Source of the DNA: an uncultured Gemmatimonadales bacterium | GTDB taxonomy: Bacteria > Gemmatimonadota > Gemmatimonadetes > Longimicrobiales > RSA9 | DNA: 64,000 bases | Assembly: GCA_963708135.1 (NCBI GenBank) | Contig: OY970192.1 | Coordinates: forward strand, 2,656,001-2,720,000 | Reading direction: 5' to 3' | Shown here: positions 9,397 through 19,573 of the stretch, piece after piece | How the letters are laid out: each line of letters starts with the position of its first letter | How positions within the stretch are numbered: position 1 is the first letter of the stretch | Program-made: the position numbers and the translations under genes | The notes under the pieces: generated by a model | Told to the model about the DNA's origin: nothing | Seen by the model: only the letters and a program-made list of their open reading frames with translations | Databases searched by the model: none

Positions 9397-11165
9397 GACT
9401 CACCCTGCCTGAGGATGTGAGGCGTGACCATGATGAGGAGGTCGCGCTTGGTCTCACTGTTCGTGGTGTTGCGGAAGAGGCCGCCGATCACGGGCAGGTC
9501 CATGAGCAGCGGGATCCCCGCGTGGACCTTGCTCTTCTCGATGATGGTGAGGCCGCCGACGACGGCGGTCTCGCCATCGTTGACGAGCACCTGGGTCTCC
9601 GCCTGCTGCGTCTGGAAGGTGACGCCGAGGTCGGAGGGAGCCAGGGCGATGTTGGATCGCTCCGCGTGCAGCTCGAGGAGGATCTGATCGCCGGTGACGT
9701 GGGGCGTGACCTTGAGGATCACGCCGGTGTTCTTCATCTGCACGTTGGCGCGCGGGACGTTGGCGCCGCCGGCCGCGCCGGTGGCGGCGCCCGCGTCGAT
9801 GACGCGGATCGGCGTCTGCTCACCGACCTGGATGTTGGCCTCGCGGTTGTCCATGACGGTGAGGACGGGCGTGGCCTGGATGTCGCTCAGGCTGAGGGTC
9901 TGCAGCGCCTCGACGAAGGCGACGAGAGAGTGGCGCCCGAGCACGAGTGAAGTAAGCAGCTGGAGCGTGGGCGAGGCGACGCGGGACGCCGCGTTGCCGA
10001 GCGCGGCGACCGAGTTGCCGCCGAGCAGGACCACGTTCTGGTTCGTCTGCTCCTCGGGCTCGAGGACGCCGTTGCCGTTCTTGTCGGCGAAGCCGGGGTT
10101 GACGCTGTTGAGCTGGTTGCCGCGCGAATCCTTCAGGTCGTAAACGATGCCGAGCCCCTCGAGCGCCGTGCGGTCGATGAAGAGCAGCTTGGCCGAGATG
10201 GTGACCTGTGGCGTGCGCACGTCGAGCTGCTGGATCATGGGCCCGAGGCGCTCGATGACCGAGCGGCCGTCGGAGACGACGATCGTGTTGGTGTTGCGGC
10301 TCGTGGTGACCTTGCCCCGGTCGGAGAGCAGGCCCTTGATGGCAGTGACGATGGAGTCGACGGGGATGTAGCTGATGCGGAACTGCCGCGTGACGAGCTC
10401 CTCGTTCTTCTCGTTCTCGCGCAGCTTCTCCATCTTCTCGACCTGGATGATCCCGCTCTCCATCTCCTGGGCGGCGAGGCCGTGGGCCTGGAGGATCGCG
10501 TTGAGCGCGGTGTCCCACGGCTTGTTCTTGATCTCCGCGGTCACCGTGCCGGTCACCCCCTCGCCCGCCACGATGCTCTTGCCGGAGAACTCGGCGAAGG
10601 TCGTGAGGACGTCGAGGATGGGCGTGGCGTCAAAGGAAACCGTGATGAGCGGCTTGTCCTGCGCAGGGTTGCGGACCGGCGCACGGGCGGGCGGCGCGGC
10701 GGGACGGGCCGCGGCCGGAGCCGGAGCGAGATCGGAGGCGTCGGGGGCGGCCGAGCGGTTGGCCGCCTGGATGACGGCGGGGCCGGTGGACCACGGCTGG
10801 AAGGCGCCCGCGGGGTTCGGGAAGCGAACCACGATCCTGTCGCTCTGCCGCTCGAGCGTGTAGCTGACCTTCTGGTCGAGGTCGAAGACGATGCGCACGA
10901 CGCCAGCGCGGAACTGGCTGGCCCGGACGGCGCTGATGCCGCCGCGGCCGACCTCGGCGTAGCGGGTCTCCGGCAGGCCCTGGCGGGCGCCGGTGATGTC
11001 GACCACGAGGCGGTCGGGCGCGTCGAAGAGCTGGTCCTCGACGCTGACGGGTCCGCTGACGCGGATCTCGACCTGCGTCTGCCCGTCGGCGGGCGTGATG
11101 CTGACCCCCGTGACCGTGGTCAGGGCGGTGAGCGCGGCCATCATGACCGCGAGCAGGAGACTCAT
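9393..11165 (-). CDS. pilQ: Type IV pilus secretin PilQ (AMIN + N domains + secretin)
   Basis: AMIN-like PDRLVVDI/VVRIVFDL, PWDTALNAIL, QLDVRTPQVTISA, DNREANIQVGE, ETAVVGGL, GIPLLMDLPVIGGLFR, LLIMVTPHI. Confidence 0.93.
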   Translation of the reverse strand: MSLLLAVMMAALTALTTVTGVSITPADGQTQVEIRVSGPVSVEDQLFDAPDRLVVDITGARQGLPETRYAEVGRGGISAVRASQFRAGVVRIVFDLDQKVSYTLERQSDRIVVRFPNPAGAFQPWSTGPAVIQAANRSAAPDASDLAPAPAAARPAAPPARAPVRNPAQDKPLITVSFDATPILDVLTTFAEFSGKSIVAGEGVTGTVTAEIKNKPWDTALNAILQAHGLAAQEMESGIIQVEKMEKLRENEKNEELVTRQFRISYIPVDSIVTAIKGLLSDRGKVTTSRNTNTIVVSDGRSVIERLGPMIQQLDVRTPQVTISAKLLFIDRTALEGLGIVYDLKDSRGNQLNSVNPGFADKNGNGVLEPEEQTNQNVVLLGGNSVAALGNAASRVASPTLQLLTSLVLGRHSLVAFVEALQTLSLSDIQATPVLTVMDNREANIQVGEQTPIRVIDAGAATGAAGGANVPRANVQMKNTGVILKVTPHVTGDQILLELHAERSNIALAPSDLGVTFQTQQAETQVLVNDGETAVVGGLTIIEKSKVHAGIPLLMDLPVIGGLFRNTTNSETKRDLLIMVTPHILRQGES

Positions 11166-11623
11166 TCCTTCTCTCCTTCCGCGTTATTGGGCTTCAGGTC
11201 GAGCGTTTCCCGTCGCACGACGCCGAAGTTGTTGACCGCGAAGATGACGCGGTCCTGGTCGATCTCGATGACGCGGGCGTTGCCCAGGAGATCACCCTTG
11301 CGGACCTTGTAGACCTTCTTCGAGCCGGCATCGGCGAGGAGCACGACGCTGCGCCCGGGCGCGTCCGAGTAGATGATCCCTCGCAGCGAGAGGTCCTCGA
11401 AGCGGGGCCCGATATCGAACCGTCCGACGAGCGGCGTGAATGGGTCGCGGCCGGGCGCGGGGTAGCTGAACACCTCGCGGTCGAAGGCGAGCTCCGGCCC
11501 CGGCTCCTTGCCGGCCATCACGGCAACGCGTCTGGGGGCGGGCCCCGGCGGGCTCTGGGCGGCGAGCGGCGCGGCGGCCGCGAGCGCGAGCGTGGCCAGG
11601 ACAGCAATGCTAGGTCTGGGCAT
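11162..11623 (-). CDS. pilP: PilP-like pilus assembly protein
   Basis: Signal peptide, GRDPF motif, LSLRGII, VYKVRKGDLLG; lies between pilO and pilQ. Confidence 0.7.
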   Translation of the reverse strand: MPRPSIAVLATLALAAAAPLAAQSPPGPAPRRVAVMAGKEPGPELAFDREVFSYPAPGRDPFTPLVGRFDIGPRFEDLSLRGIIYSDAPGRSVVLLADAGSKKVYKVRKGDLLGNARVIEIDQDRVIFAVNNFGVVRRETLDLKPNNAEGEKE

Positions 11624-12218
11624 TCGGCTTCTCGACGGTCGGGGGCGCATCCTTGGGCGCCGGGATCACGTAGGTCTCGATCTTGAACTTGGCCTCGAGG
11701 CGCTGGAGCCCGTTCTTCTCCCTCTCCGGGCGGGGTTGCAGGTTGACCTCGAGCGGCGTGACGATGCGGGGGAGCGAGCCGACGGCGGTCAGGAACCGGC
11801 CGACGTTGGCGTACGGGCCGTAGACGCTCATGTCGTAGGTCTGTTTGTCGTAGTAGGCGCCGGGCACCTCGGCCTCGGGTCGGACGAGGGAGAGCTCGAC
11901 GCCGGCCTCGTCGGCGCGCTCGGTCATGACGTGGAGCAGCTCGGGAACTTCCTCGCTGGTGGGGATGAGCTGCTCGAGCCGGCGCATGTGCTCCTGATAG
12001 AGGGCGAGCTTCTGCTTGAGGTCGTTGCCGCCCTGGGCGAGGACGGCCTTGGCCTGGGCGTTCTTGGCAGCCAGGCCCTCGACGTGCTCGCGCAGCGTCT
12101 GCACCTCCTGCGTGCTCTTGCCGTACAGGAAGTACCAGTAGGCGAAGAGTCCGATGATGGGCAGCGCACCGATGAGGATGAGGCGCTGCTTCTTCGGGTC
12201 CTGCGGCAGGAACGCCAT
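11610..12218 (-). CDS. pilO: Type IV pilus assembly protein PilO
   Basis: N-terminal TM, coiled coil, LIPTSEEVPELL, YGPYANVGRFL..VGSLPRIV. Confidence 0.88.
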   Translation of the reverse strand: MAFLPQDPKKQRLILIGALPIIGLFAYWYFLYGKSTQEVQTLREHVEGLAAKNAQAKAVLAQGGNDLKQKLALYQEHMRRLEQLIPTSEEVPELLHVMTERADEAGVELSLVRPEAEVPGAYYDKQTYDMSVYGPYANVGRFLTAVGSLPRIVTPLEVNLQPRPEREKNGLQRLEAKFKIETYVIPAPKDAPPTVEKPNAQT

Positions 12219-12875
12219 CTACTGCTCCTGTGTGAAGAGGGGCACCGTCTGGATCGCGTCCGGCGGCGGCGCCTCGTACCGGGCGTTGAGAGCGAAAGCG
12301 TGCAACAGCTTGCCGCCCTCCTTGACGAGCTCGGTCGAGGTGAGGGTGACGCCGTGGATGAACGGCGAAGCCTCGAGATCCTTCATGAACTCGGTAAGGG
12401 CAAACGTGTTTCCGGTGCGGCCCTCGATGCGGAATGTCGGGCGCCGGCTGGTGGAGTCGCCCTCCGTCGCGTAGAGGGCGGTCAGCCACGTGTAGGCCGG
12501 CAAGGCGCGGTTGACCTCGCTCAGGATGTGGCTCCAGACATAGCGATCGGCGTCGATCTGCTGGATGATCTGGAGCTTCTGGGCGATGGTGTCGCGCCGG
12601 GCCTGGAGGCGTCGGTTGGCGAGGATCATGGTGGCGTAATGGGCGGAGTCCTGGCGCGCCTGGTCGAGCGTGAGCTCGAGGGCGGCCTTCTCCGAGCGCG
12701 GGCCGAAGAACATCCAGCCCACGACGGCGGGTCCGATGATCCAGGCCGCGATGACGAAGGCAAGCACGCGATCGAACTGCGGCAGCCTGCCGAGCTTCGG
12801 CAGGGAACGGCCTGCGCGTGCGCCGCGTCGGACGGGGCGCTTCGTCGCACCGGGAACCAGATTGACTTCGATCAA
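12219..12875 (-). CDS. pilN: Type IV pilus assembly protein PilN
   Basis: MIEVNLVP PilM-binding motif, TM, coiled coil, FMKDLEASPF. Confidence 0.88.
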   Translation of the reverse strand: MIEVNLVPGATKRPVRRGARAGRSLPKLGRLPQFDRVLAFVIAAWIIGPAVVGWMFFGPRSEKAALELTLDQARQDSAHYATMILANRRLQARRDTIAQKLQIIQQIDADRYVWSHILSEVNRALPAYTWLTALYATEGDSTSRRPTFRIEGRTGNTFALTEFMKDLEASPFIHGVTLTSTELVKEGGKLLHAFALNARYEAPPPDAIQTVPLFTQEQ

Positions 12876-12896
12876 AGCGGTCGCCTCGCGTTCGTG

Positions 12897-13949
12897 CTAC
12901 CGGGCATTACGGAGGGCCAGGCCGATCGGCAGCATCAGCATGGGCGCGAATTCGTCCAGGGAGATGGACTGCGCGACCTCGGGCCGCACGGCCACGCGCT
13001 GGACGGGGCTCGCGGACTCGGCGGGGACGCCGAGTCGCGTCCCCAGGGCCGCCACCATCCCCGGGACGCGAGCGCCGCCGCCGGAGACGTAAACCTTCAC
13101 GAGACCGCGGGCGCCGGCGCCGTTGCCGGCCTGCTGGAGGACGAAGGCGACGGCGCGCTCGATGCCGACGGCGAGCTCGTCCACCCGCTCGCGGAGGAAG
13201 CCGGCGAGGTCGACCGCCTCGCCCTTGCCCTGGATGGCGGCCTCGGCCTGGTCGGCGGCGAGGCCGCGCTCGCGCTGGAGCGCCTCGCGCAGCCGGCGCG
13301 AGCCGAAGGGGACGTCGCGCACGAGCACGGGGACGCCGTCGGAGAGCAGGTCGATGTTGGTGGTCTCGTGGCCCACGTTGACGAGGGCGGCGAGGCCGCG
13401 GGTCGGCTCGGGGTAGTTGCGCTCGAAGGCGTTGTGGAGGGCGAAGGCCTCGACATCGATGACCGTGGGCCGCAGGCCGGCGTCGGCGAGCAGGCTCAGG
13501 CGGTTCTCGATGAGCTCACGCTTGGCCGCGACGAGCAGGACCTGCATCTGGGGTCCCTCGCCGTCGGGATCGAGGATCTGGTAGTCGAGCTGCACGCTCT
13601 CCATGTCGAAGGGCACGTGCTGCTCGGCCTCCCAGCGGATGACCTCCTTGGCGTCCGAGTCGCTCATCCGATCCATCTGGATCTTCTTGATGATCACATC
13701 GTGGCCGCCGACGGCCGCAACGACCTCCTTCTTCTTCAGGCCGGCGCTCTCGATGACGGAGCGCACGGTCTCGGCGACGAGGACCGGATCCATGATCTCG
13801 CCCTCGACAATGGCGTCGGGCACGAGCGGACTGGTCACGATCTGCGTGATCTCGGGCTCGGGCTTGGAGTGGTCGATGACGACCAGCTTGACGAAGCCAC
13901 TCCCAATGTCCAGCCCCGCGGACACCTTGCTGCGGCCGAATCGTCCCAT
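12897..13949 (-). CDS. pilM: Type IV pilus assembly protein PilM
   Basis: GLDIGSGFVKLV actin-like motif, WEAEQHVPF, VLLVAAK, LVNVGHETT, VSGGGA. Confidence 0.93.
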   Translation of the reverse strand: MGRFGRSKVSAGLDIGSGFVKLVVIDHSKPEPEITQIVTSPLVPDAIVEGEIMDPVLVAETVRSVIESAGLKKKEVVAAVGGHDVIIKKIQMDRMSDSDAKEVIRWEAEQHVPFDMESVQLDYQILDPDGEGPQMQVLLVAAKRELIENRLSLLADAGLRPTVIDVEAFALHNAFERNYPEPTRGLAALVNVGHETTNIDLLSDGVPVLVRDVPFGSRRLREALQRERGLAADQAEAAIQGKGEAVDLAGFLRERVDELAVGIERAVAFVLQQAGNGAGARGLVKVYVSGGGARVPGMVAALGTRLGVPAESASPVQRVAVRPEVAQSISLDEFAPMLMLPIGLALRNAR

Positions 13950-14012
13950 CAGCGGACCAGTCCTGTTCCCGGACTTGAAGAATGTCGGGGGAGACCAACG
14001 TGTGGAGATTCC

Positions 14013-14041
14013 ACCTTAGCTACCCCCATCGAGGGTGTCAA
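14013..14041 (-). promoter_or_regulatory. Sigma70-type promoter for pilMNOPQ
   Basis: Minus strand TTGACA (14041-14036), 17-nt spacer, TAAGGT (14018-14013), 64 nt upstream of the pilM ATG. Confidence 0.7.
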
Positions 14042-14055
14042 GAGCGAACTCATGA

Positions 14056-15246
14056 TCAGCTGGCGCCCACGGCGGAAAGGTCGAACCAGGACCGGGTCGC
14101 GAGCGGCACGGGACGCACCACGCCGGTGAGGTTCTCCTGCGCGCGCTTGATGGCGCAGCTCGAGAAATTCACGACGGAATTGCCGAGCGCAGTGCTCGTC
14201 TCCGAGAGCACGCCGCCGTCGTAGAGCAGTGCGCTGCCGTAGAGATGCGCACCGGTCCCACTGGTGGTCATGCTCCCCTTGACGATCACGACGCCGTAGA
14301 AGTTGAAGCCGCCGGTCATATCGAGGTTGCCGTCGACCAGGAGGACGCCCTGTCCGGTGGTACTGGACGAGATGTGGAGATCGCCCTGGGCGTGGATGAT
14401 CGGCCAGTACATGTAGCAGGCGTTCGTGCTATCGGTGGGTGCGCCCCAGTTGGTCTTGACGCTGTGGTCGCACGCGCCGCTGGCGGTGAGGAGGGGACCC
14501 GTGCTTGTGATGGTGATACCGGCCGGCAAGCTGATGGTGGCCATGGCGGCGAGGTCGTCATAGCTGAGGTCGCCGTAGGAGAAGAAGCTCGAGTTGTCGA
14601 GGGCGGTGTCCTGCTGGATGGGCCCCACGATCACCGAGCTGCCCTTGTCGGTGATGAGCGTCGTGTCCTTGGCGACGATCGAGGCCTTGGTGCCGCTGCT
14701 GGTGCAGTCGTTCCAGTTCGTGGGGATGGTGTCGGCGCCGGAGATGGTCGCGTTGCCGCCGAGGTCGAGGGAGCCGTAGGTCTGGACGGCACGGTCGGCG
14801 GGGAAGCTGACGTTGATGGTGCGGAGCACCGTCGCGAGCGAGTGGGCGGCGCTCATCGGCTGGCCGTGGCGCATGAGGACGCCTCTCGAGCCGACGTAGG
14901 CGAGGCGATTGGCGAACTTCCGGATCGTGTACACGTACAGGCCGAGCGTGTCCGCGCCGGTCGTGACGTAGCCGGTGTCGGGCCCAACGGTGGTGTAGGG
15001 GGCGAGGGAGTTGAAGTCGTTGGCGCTCATGGTCCCGAGCACCCTATTCAGGCCCTGCTCGGCGATGTAGCCGGCCTCGTCGGCATTGCGCGAGCTGCTG
15101 GCGGTGGTGCTCTCCTGGTTGACGGCGTAGAAGCCGCCCGTGACGAGAGCGCCGACGACGACCAGGGCAAGCAGCGCGCCGACAAGGGCGAAGCCGTCGC
15201 GGGCGGAGCGCGGGGGAACGGGGCGGAGGTTGGTGTCCATGGCCAT
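14056..15246 (-). CDS. PilX-like minor pilin with large Thr/Ser/Gly-rich C-terminal domain (cassette 1)
   Basis: DG|FALVGALL prepilin site without E5, AEQGL PilX-N motif, C-terminal GVLLVDGNL..FYGVVIVKG beta-rich motifs. Confidence 0.75.
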   Translation of the reverse strand: MAMDTNLRPVPPRSARDGFALVGALLALVVVGALVTGGFYAVNQESTTASSSRNADEAGYIAEQGLNRVLGTMSANDFNSLAPYTTVGPDTGYVTTGADTLGLYVYTIRKFANRLAYVGSRGVLMRHGQPMSAAHSLATVLRTINVSFPADRAVQTYGSLDLGGNATISGADTIPTNWNDCTSSGTKASIVAKDTTLITDKGSSVIVGPIQQDTALDNSSFFSYGDLSYDDLAAMATISLPAGITITSTGPLLTASGACDHSVKTNWGAPTDSTNACYMYWPIIHAQGDLHISSSTTGQGVLLVDGNLDMTGGFNFYGVVIVKGSMTTSGTGAHLYGSALLYDGGVLSETSTALGNSVVNFSSCAIKRAQENLTGVVRPVPLATRSWFDLSAVGAS

Positions 15247-15250
15247 GCTC

Positions 15251-16069
15251 TCAGTTCCCGCGGAGGTAGACCTGCGTGGTCAGCGAGTCGGCGTAGACGC
15301 GTGCGCTGGACGACCCGGTTCCGGGGGTCAGGCCCTTGGCGGTGATAGTGACGAGGGCGATGTTGGCCGGGTTGATCGTGGCCGCGCCGCTAGCGTCGAG
15401 GTAGCCGAGCACCAGGCCGTTCTGGGCCGGGGGCGCCAGCGGACCGATCAGCGCGACGGCGGTATCGCCGGCGATGCGCCGGCCGAGCGACCACTGGCCG
15501 GCGATCTGGTAGAGGCCGTAGGTGACCCAGCGGAAGGAGCGGACGGGCGCATCCTCGAGCACGCCCGAGAGCGCGCTGCCGGAGATGCCGCCGATGCGAT
15601 CATCCGTGGTCCCGGGCCAGCTCGTCGAGCAGGTCGTGTGTGAGGGCGTGTTCGCCACGCCGGTCACGTTCCAGGCGTCATCGCCACCGGTGTCGGGCGC
15701 ATGGTCGGCGAAGATGAGGATGCTGTCGTCCTTCGCGAAGTCGAGGGTGCCCATGCGGTGCACGTCGATGGAAGGGCCGGTCGCGTCGGTGGTGCAGACG
15801 AAGCCGACCTTCTCGAGGACGCGAAACCGGATGGAGTCGGTGGAGGCCATGGCGATGTCGCCGCCATTGGCGCTCGACTGGCGGAGCTCGGCGGCAAGGA
15901 CCTGGACGGCGGTGCGCATGGTCTGCTGCGTCGTGATGACGGCATTGAGCTGACGGCTGGTCCGCTCCTGGACGGCGAGGGTCTGGTAGACCGCGCTCAT
16001 GACCACGGCGCCGAGCACGACGACGATCAGGAGCTCCACGAGCGAGAAGCCGGCGCGGCGGGCGGTCAT
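15251..16069 (-). CDS. PilW-like minor pilin (cassette 1)
   Basis: MTARRAG|FSLVELLIVVVLG; ends in TQVYLRGN; ATGA overlap with upstream gene. Confidence 0.8.
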   Translation of the reverse strand: MTARRAGFSLVELLIVVVLGAVVMSAVYQTLAVQERTSRQLNAVITTQQTMRTAVQVLAAELRQSSANGGDIAMASTDSIRFRVLEKVGFVCTTDATGPSIDVHRMGTLDFAKDDSILIFADHAPDTGGDDAWNVTGVANTPSHTTCSTSWPGTTDDRIGGISGSALSGVLEDAPVRSFRWVTYGLYQIAGQWSLGRRIAGDTAVALIGPLAPPAQNGLVLGYLDASGAATINPANIALVTITAKGLTPGTGSSSARVYADSLTTQVYLRGN

Positions 16070-16482
16070 GATCCGAACGGGCGGAAGAAGCTGACGACAA
16101 AGGTGTCGGCCGCGGTCGTGCTCCAGCCGTGGCCGAGGACGTAGCCGGGTCCGCGCGTAATGAAGGCGACGCTCTTGAAGTTGACCTGCCCGTTCACGCT
16201 CGCCCCATTGGTCACGTTCCACCAGACATTGTAGCCGTCGTAGGCGACGGCGCTGCCGGCGGCGCGGTTCACGATGCCGTCGAAGTTGGTGAGGCGCATG
16301 CTCTCGGCGGCCTCGGCGACGGCCGCCATCCGATGCGACCGCAGTCCGGCGACGCGGACCTGGACGCTCATGAAGGTCGAGGATGCGGCGAGGCCGAGAA
16401 GCCCGACGGTCAGGATGACCATCGCGGCCATGACCTCGATGAGGGTGAACCCCTGGCGCCCGTCGTGCGAGGCCGGACTCAT
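16066..16482 (-). CDS. PilV-like minor pilin (cassette 1)
   Basis: MSPASHDGRQG|FTLIEVMAAMVILTVGLLGLA. Confidence 0.8.
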   Translation of the reverse strand: MSPASHDGRQGFTLIEVMAAMVILTVGLLGLAASSTFMSVQVRVAGLRSHRMAAVAEAAESMRLTNFDGIVNRAAGSAVAYDGYNVWWNVTNGASVNGQVNFKSVAFITRGPGYVLGHGWSTTAADTFVVSFFRPFGS

Positions 16483-17006
16483 AGGCGATCGACCTGCCCG
16501 AGAACCTGGACACGGGCGCTGTAGGCCTGATCCGCGCGCGTGAAGGTCACGGTCTGGGGAAGGTCTCCGTTGGAGCAGGAGGAGAGGGCGAACCCGCGCG
16601 GACCGTAGCAGACCACGACAGTGGCATTGTCCGACGTCGAGACGGCGGTACCGTACTGGGTGCGGAAGTAGATGACGTCGATGGTTCCGGACGTATCCGT
16701 GATCCGTGCGAGGGCGCTGTCCGGCTTCAGCGTCATGGTTACGGTCTCGCCGCGCTCGAGCGCGTTGCTGCGGGCCCTGTTGGCGAGCCATGTGTAGGAG
16801 TCGCGGGCGGCGTGCGCGGCGGTGGAGCGCTGCGCAGACTCGAAGCCGGAGGTGGCCATCCCCAGGAGCACCGTGGAGATGAGGAGGACGAAGAGGAGCT
16901 CGATCATGGTGAAGCCCGCGCGCACGCCACGCGGCCGCCGGCGCGTCGCGCCGGGTGCCGTCGGGCGCAGACTCCACGCGCGTCGGGCTGATCGGATCAT
17001 CTTCAC
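16479..17006 (-). CDS. FimT/GspH-like minor pilin (cassette 1)
   Basis: RAG|FTMIELLFVLLI, ARSNAL, CYGPRGFA. Confidence 0.8.
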   Translation of the reverse strand: MKMIRSARRAWSLRPTAPGATRRRPRGVRAGFTMIELLFVLLISTVLLGMATSGFESAQRSTAAHAARDSYTWLANRARSNALERGETVTMTLKPDSALARITDTSGTIDVIYFRTQYGTAVSTSDNATVVVCYGPRGFALSSCSNGDLPQTVTFTRADQAYSARVQVLGQVDRL

Positions 17007-17193
17007 CTCCGGAAATCGGCGCGCCCGGCGCGGATGGATACCGGCCGGGGGCTTGCCGGGCCGGGCATACGAGTTCCGTGCCCGGGGCCAAGGCGCACCG
17101 CGACAACGATTTGCGGTACGAGTCCGGCTTGCCCGCCGGAAAAATTGTATCGGCTCCCGGTACTCTTTTCGACGTCATTCGAGCGCCATGCCG

Positions 17194-18429
17194 TCAGAAG
17201 AGCGGGATCCACCAGCGGCCCGAGGGCCGGAGCGGGCGGTCGAAAGCGGAGCGCAGCAGCGCCTCGATAAGCGGGCAGGCGCGGTAGGCGATCGCTCCCG
17301 CGATGCTGGACGGCGAGACGGAATCCGATGCCGCCCCCGCGGCGGGGGAGGCGGGCACGCCGGCGATGCGGACGGCTCCCTCGATGCTCGCGCCCGCGTC
17401 GATCTCGAGGCTCGCCCCGACGAGCACGGCGCCGAAGAACCGCGCCCGCCCGCGGACTACGAGCCTGCCACCGACCGCGAGCACGCCCTGCCCGACCCCG
17501 CCGTCGATGACCAGGTCCCCCGGGGCGAAGATGAGCGGGAAGTAGGCGCCGCAGGGCGCGGTCGGGTCGAGCGGCGCTCCCCAGTTGGCGGGCGCGGTGG
17601 CGAGGCAGGTGGCGCCGTCGTCGACCGGCGCGGGCCGCAGTGTGCCGCTCTCGGTACGATCGGCCAGTCGGCCGATGTCGTTCCAGGTGAGCGGCCCGAG
17701 GCCGCCGCCGCCCGGCGCATCCGCCGGGGCGGCGGCGGTCGGAGCGAGCGCGGGGTCGACGAGCAGCAGCGGTTCGCCCAGCAGCGTGCCGGGCGCCGCA
17801 TCGACGAGCGCGGCGTCCGGCGCCGCGAGCGCGGGATGCAGGGGCCCGCCGAAGACGGCGGCGAGCGTATCGGCGGCGCTGGCAGGGTCGCACGTGGCCG
17901 TCGCCATACCGGCCGCCGGCGCGGTGGCATCGACGCGGGCGCCGGCCGCGGTCGCGATGGGCGCGCCGGTGGTGAGGGCCGCGGGGAAGGGGGCGAGGAG
18001 CTCGCGCAGCTCGAGTGCTCGGACCCGCACGCCCGCCAGCGCGCGCGCCCGTCCGCTCTCGCCGCTCTCGCCGCTCTCGCCTCGGGCGCGGAGAAGGAAG
18101 GCGCCGGGCCCGAGACGCTCGACGGAAACGGCTGCCTGGTCGGGAGGCGCCGCCGCGATCCCGGGCGCCGGCATCTGCTGCCCGGGCGCGAGCGTGCGGT
18201 AGCGGCTGGTGCTCCAGCCGGCGAGCGCGGCGCGAGCGGCGGAGCCCGCGGCGGCGCGCGCACGGAGTGTGGCTGTCCGGGCGTGCGCCACCAGCACCTC
18301 TTCGGCGGCGACGAAGACGAAGGCGCCGATCAGCAGGGCCAGCGCGGTGAGCGCCAGCACGGTGATGACGAGGACGATGCCGGGCCTGCCGGCGGGCTTT
18401 CCGAGCTGCCTGCTCACGGCCTTGCTCAC
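17194..18429 (-). CDS. PilX-like protein (cassette 2), Ala-rich paralog of 14056..15246
   Basis: PG|IVLVITVLAL; shares NWGAP..P...C..Y.P.I.A.GDL...G.GQGVL.V.G.L with cassette-1 PilX. Confidence 0.7.
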   Translation of the reverse strand: MSKAVSRQLGKPAGRPGIVLVITVLALTALALLIGAFVFVAAEEVLVAHARTATLRARAAAGSAARAALAGWSTSRYRTLAPGQQMPAPGIAAAPPDQAAVSVERLGPGAFLLRARGESGESGESGRARALAGVRVRALELRELLAPFPAALTTGAPIATAAGARVDATAPAAGMATATCDPASAADTLAAVFGGPLHPALAAPDAALVDAAPGTLLGEPLLLVDPALAPTAAAPADAPGGGGLGPLTWNDIGRLADRTESGTLRPAPVDDGATCLATAPANWGAPLDPTAPCGAYFPLIFAPGDLVIDGGVGQGVLAVGGRLVVRGRARFFGAVLVGASLEIDAGASIEGAVRIAGVPASPAAGAASDSVSPSSIAGAIAYRACPLIEALLRSAFDRPLRPSGRWWIPLF

Positions 18430-19199
18430 CGGCCGCCTCCACCTGCGGGAATGCCCGGCGCCGCGGGCGTGTCCGGCGGCGGCGCGTTCAGGAACGGGAT
18501 GTAGAGGTCGGGCGGGGGCATCCGGGGTACGCCGCCGGCCGCCGGCAGCCGCAGCCGGACCCGGACGCCACCCGGGACGGAGTCGAAGCCGGCGTCACGC
18601 GTGTCGAGCCGCTCGGCGGTGAGCGGCTGCCGGCCTCCCAGCGCGCGACGGTAGCGGAGCGCCCCCGACGCGAGCAGGTAGGTGCCGCTCTCGAACACGA
18701 GCACGACGGTGCCGGGGGGCGGCGGCGCCGCCAAGCTCCAGCGCTGGGCGACCGCCGAGTCCGTCGGGTGCGTCGGGTCCGCCAGGCTCACCGGGCACGC
18801 GCCGGGCGCGGGAGCGGCCCCGGCGAGCGCCTGCGCGCTTTCCCCGGCCGCCGCCTCGGCGAGCACCGAGTCCTTCGCGGGGTCGGGTTCGCGCATGCCG
18901 TGATAGGCGACGACGGCGGCTCCCGCCTCCGCGGCGCACACGATCCCGCCGCCGCGGAACCAGCGGCCGGCGAGCGAGTCGGCGCCCAGGGCGCGGATGT
19001 CGGTGGCGGGATCGAGCCAGGGCAGCTCACCGCCGAGCACGTGCCCGACGGTGCGGACCGCCTCGGCATCCTGGACACTCTCGGCGGTGGCGCGCGAGAA
19101 CCGGAGCTGCACCTGCAGGATTCCCGCGACGGCGGCACAGACGAAGGTGCCGAGCGCCAGCGCGACGACCAGCTCGAGCAGCGAGGTGCCCCGCCTCAT
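18426..19199 (-). CDS. PilW-like minor pilin (cassette 2)
   Basis: MRRG|TSLLELVVALALG; DS...R....G.VC and KDS motifs shared with cassette-1 PilW. Confidence 0.72.
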   Translation of the reverse strand: MRRGTSLLELVVALALGTFVCAAVAGILQVQLRFSRATAESVQDAEAVRTVGHVLGGELPWLDPATDIRALGADSLAGRWFRGGGIVCAAEAGAAVVAYHGMREPDPAKDSVLAEAAAGESAQALAGAAPAPGACPVSLADPTHPTDSAVAQRWSLAAPPPPGTVVLVFESGTYLLASGALRYRRALGGRQPLTAERLDTRDAGFDSVPGGVRVRLRLPAAGGVPRMPPPDLYIPFLNAPPPDTPAAPGIPAGGGGR

Positions 19200-19573
19200 C
19201 GCGCGCCGTCCAGCCGGGGCGCCGAGACGGCGCCGATCACGTCGAAGCTCAGGGAGCGCCGCTCCGCGCCCACGCCATAGCTGGCGTCCAGCCGCACCCG
19301 CAGGACGCCATTCTCGCCGCGGGCGACGGACCAGCGGACCGCGATGCCGCCGGCGCTTCGCTCGCCGGGGGCCGGATCCCGCTCGGCCACCAGCGAATCG
19401 AGCAGCGCGGCCGCGAACGTGGCCGCGCGCGTCTCCGTCTCGGCCGCGCGCAGGTGCCTCGCCCCCCAGCCGCCGGCCGCCGCCGCTGCGAGCGCGCCCA
19501 TGCCGAGGAGCACCAGGGCGAAGACCACCTCGACCAGCGTGAAGCCGCCGCGACCCCGCGCGCGCGTCACCAC
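19196..19573 (-). CDS. PilV-like minor pilin (cassette 2)
   Basis: RGG|FTLVEVVFALVLLGMGALA. Confidence 0.75.
   Translation of the reverse strand: MVTRARGRGGFTLVEVVFALVLLGMGALAAAAAGGWGARHLRAAETETRAATFAAALLDSLVAERDPAPGERSAGGIAVRWSVARGENGVLRVRLDASYGVGAERRSLSFDVIGAVSAPRLDGAR

Noticed and set aside
17069..17083. Possible sigma54 promoter for minor-pilin cassette 1 (minus strand GGGCACGGAACTCGT)
   Set aside because: Good -24 element but -12 is TCGT rather than TTGC; too weak to call.
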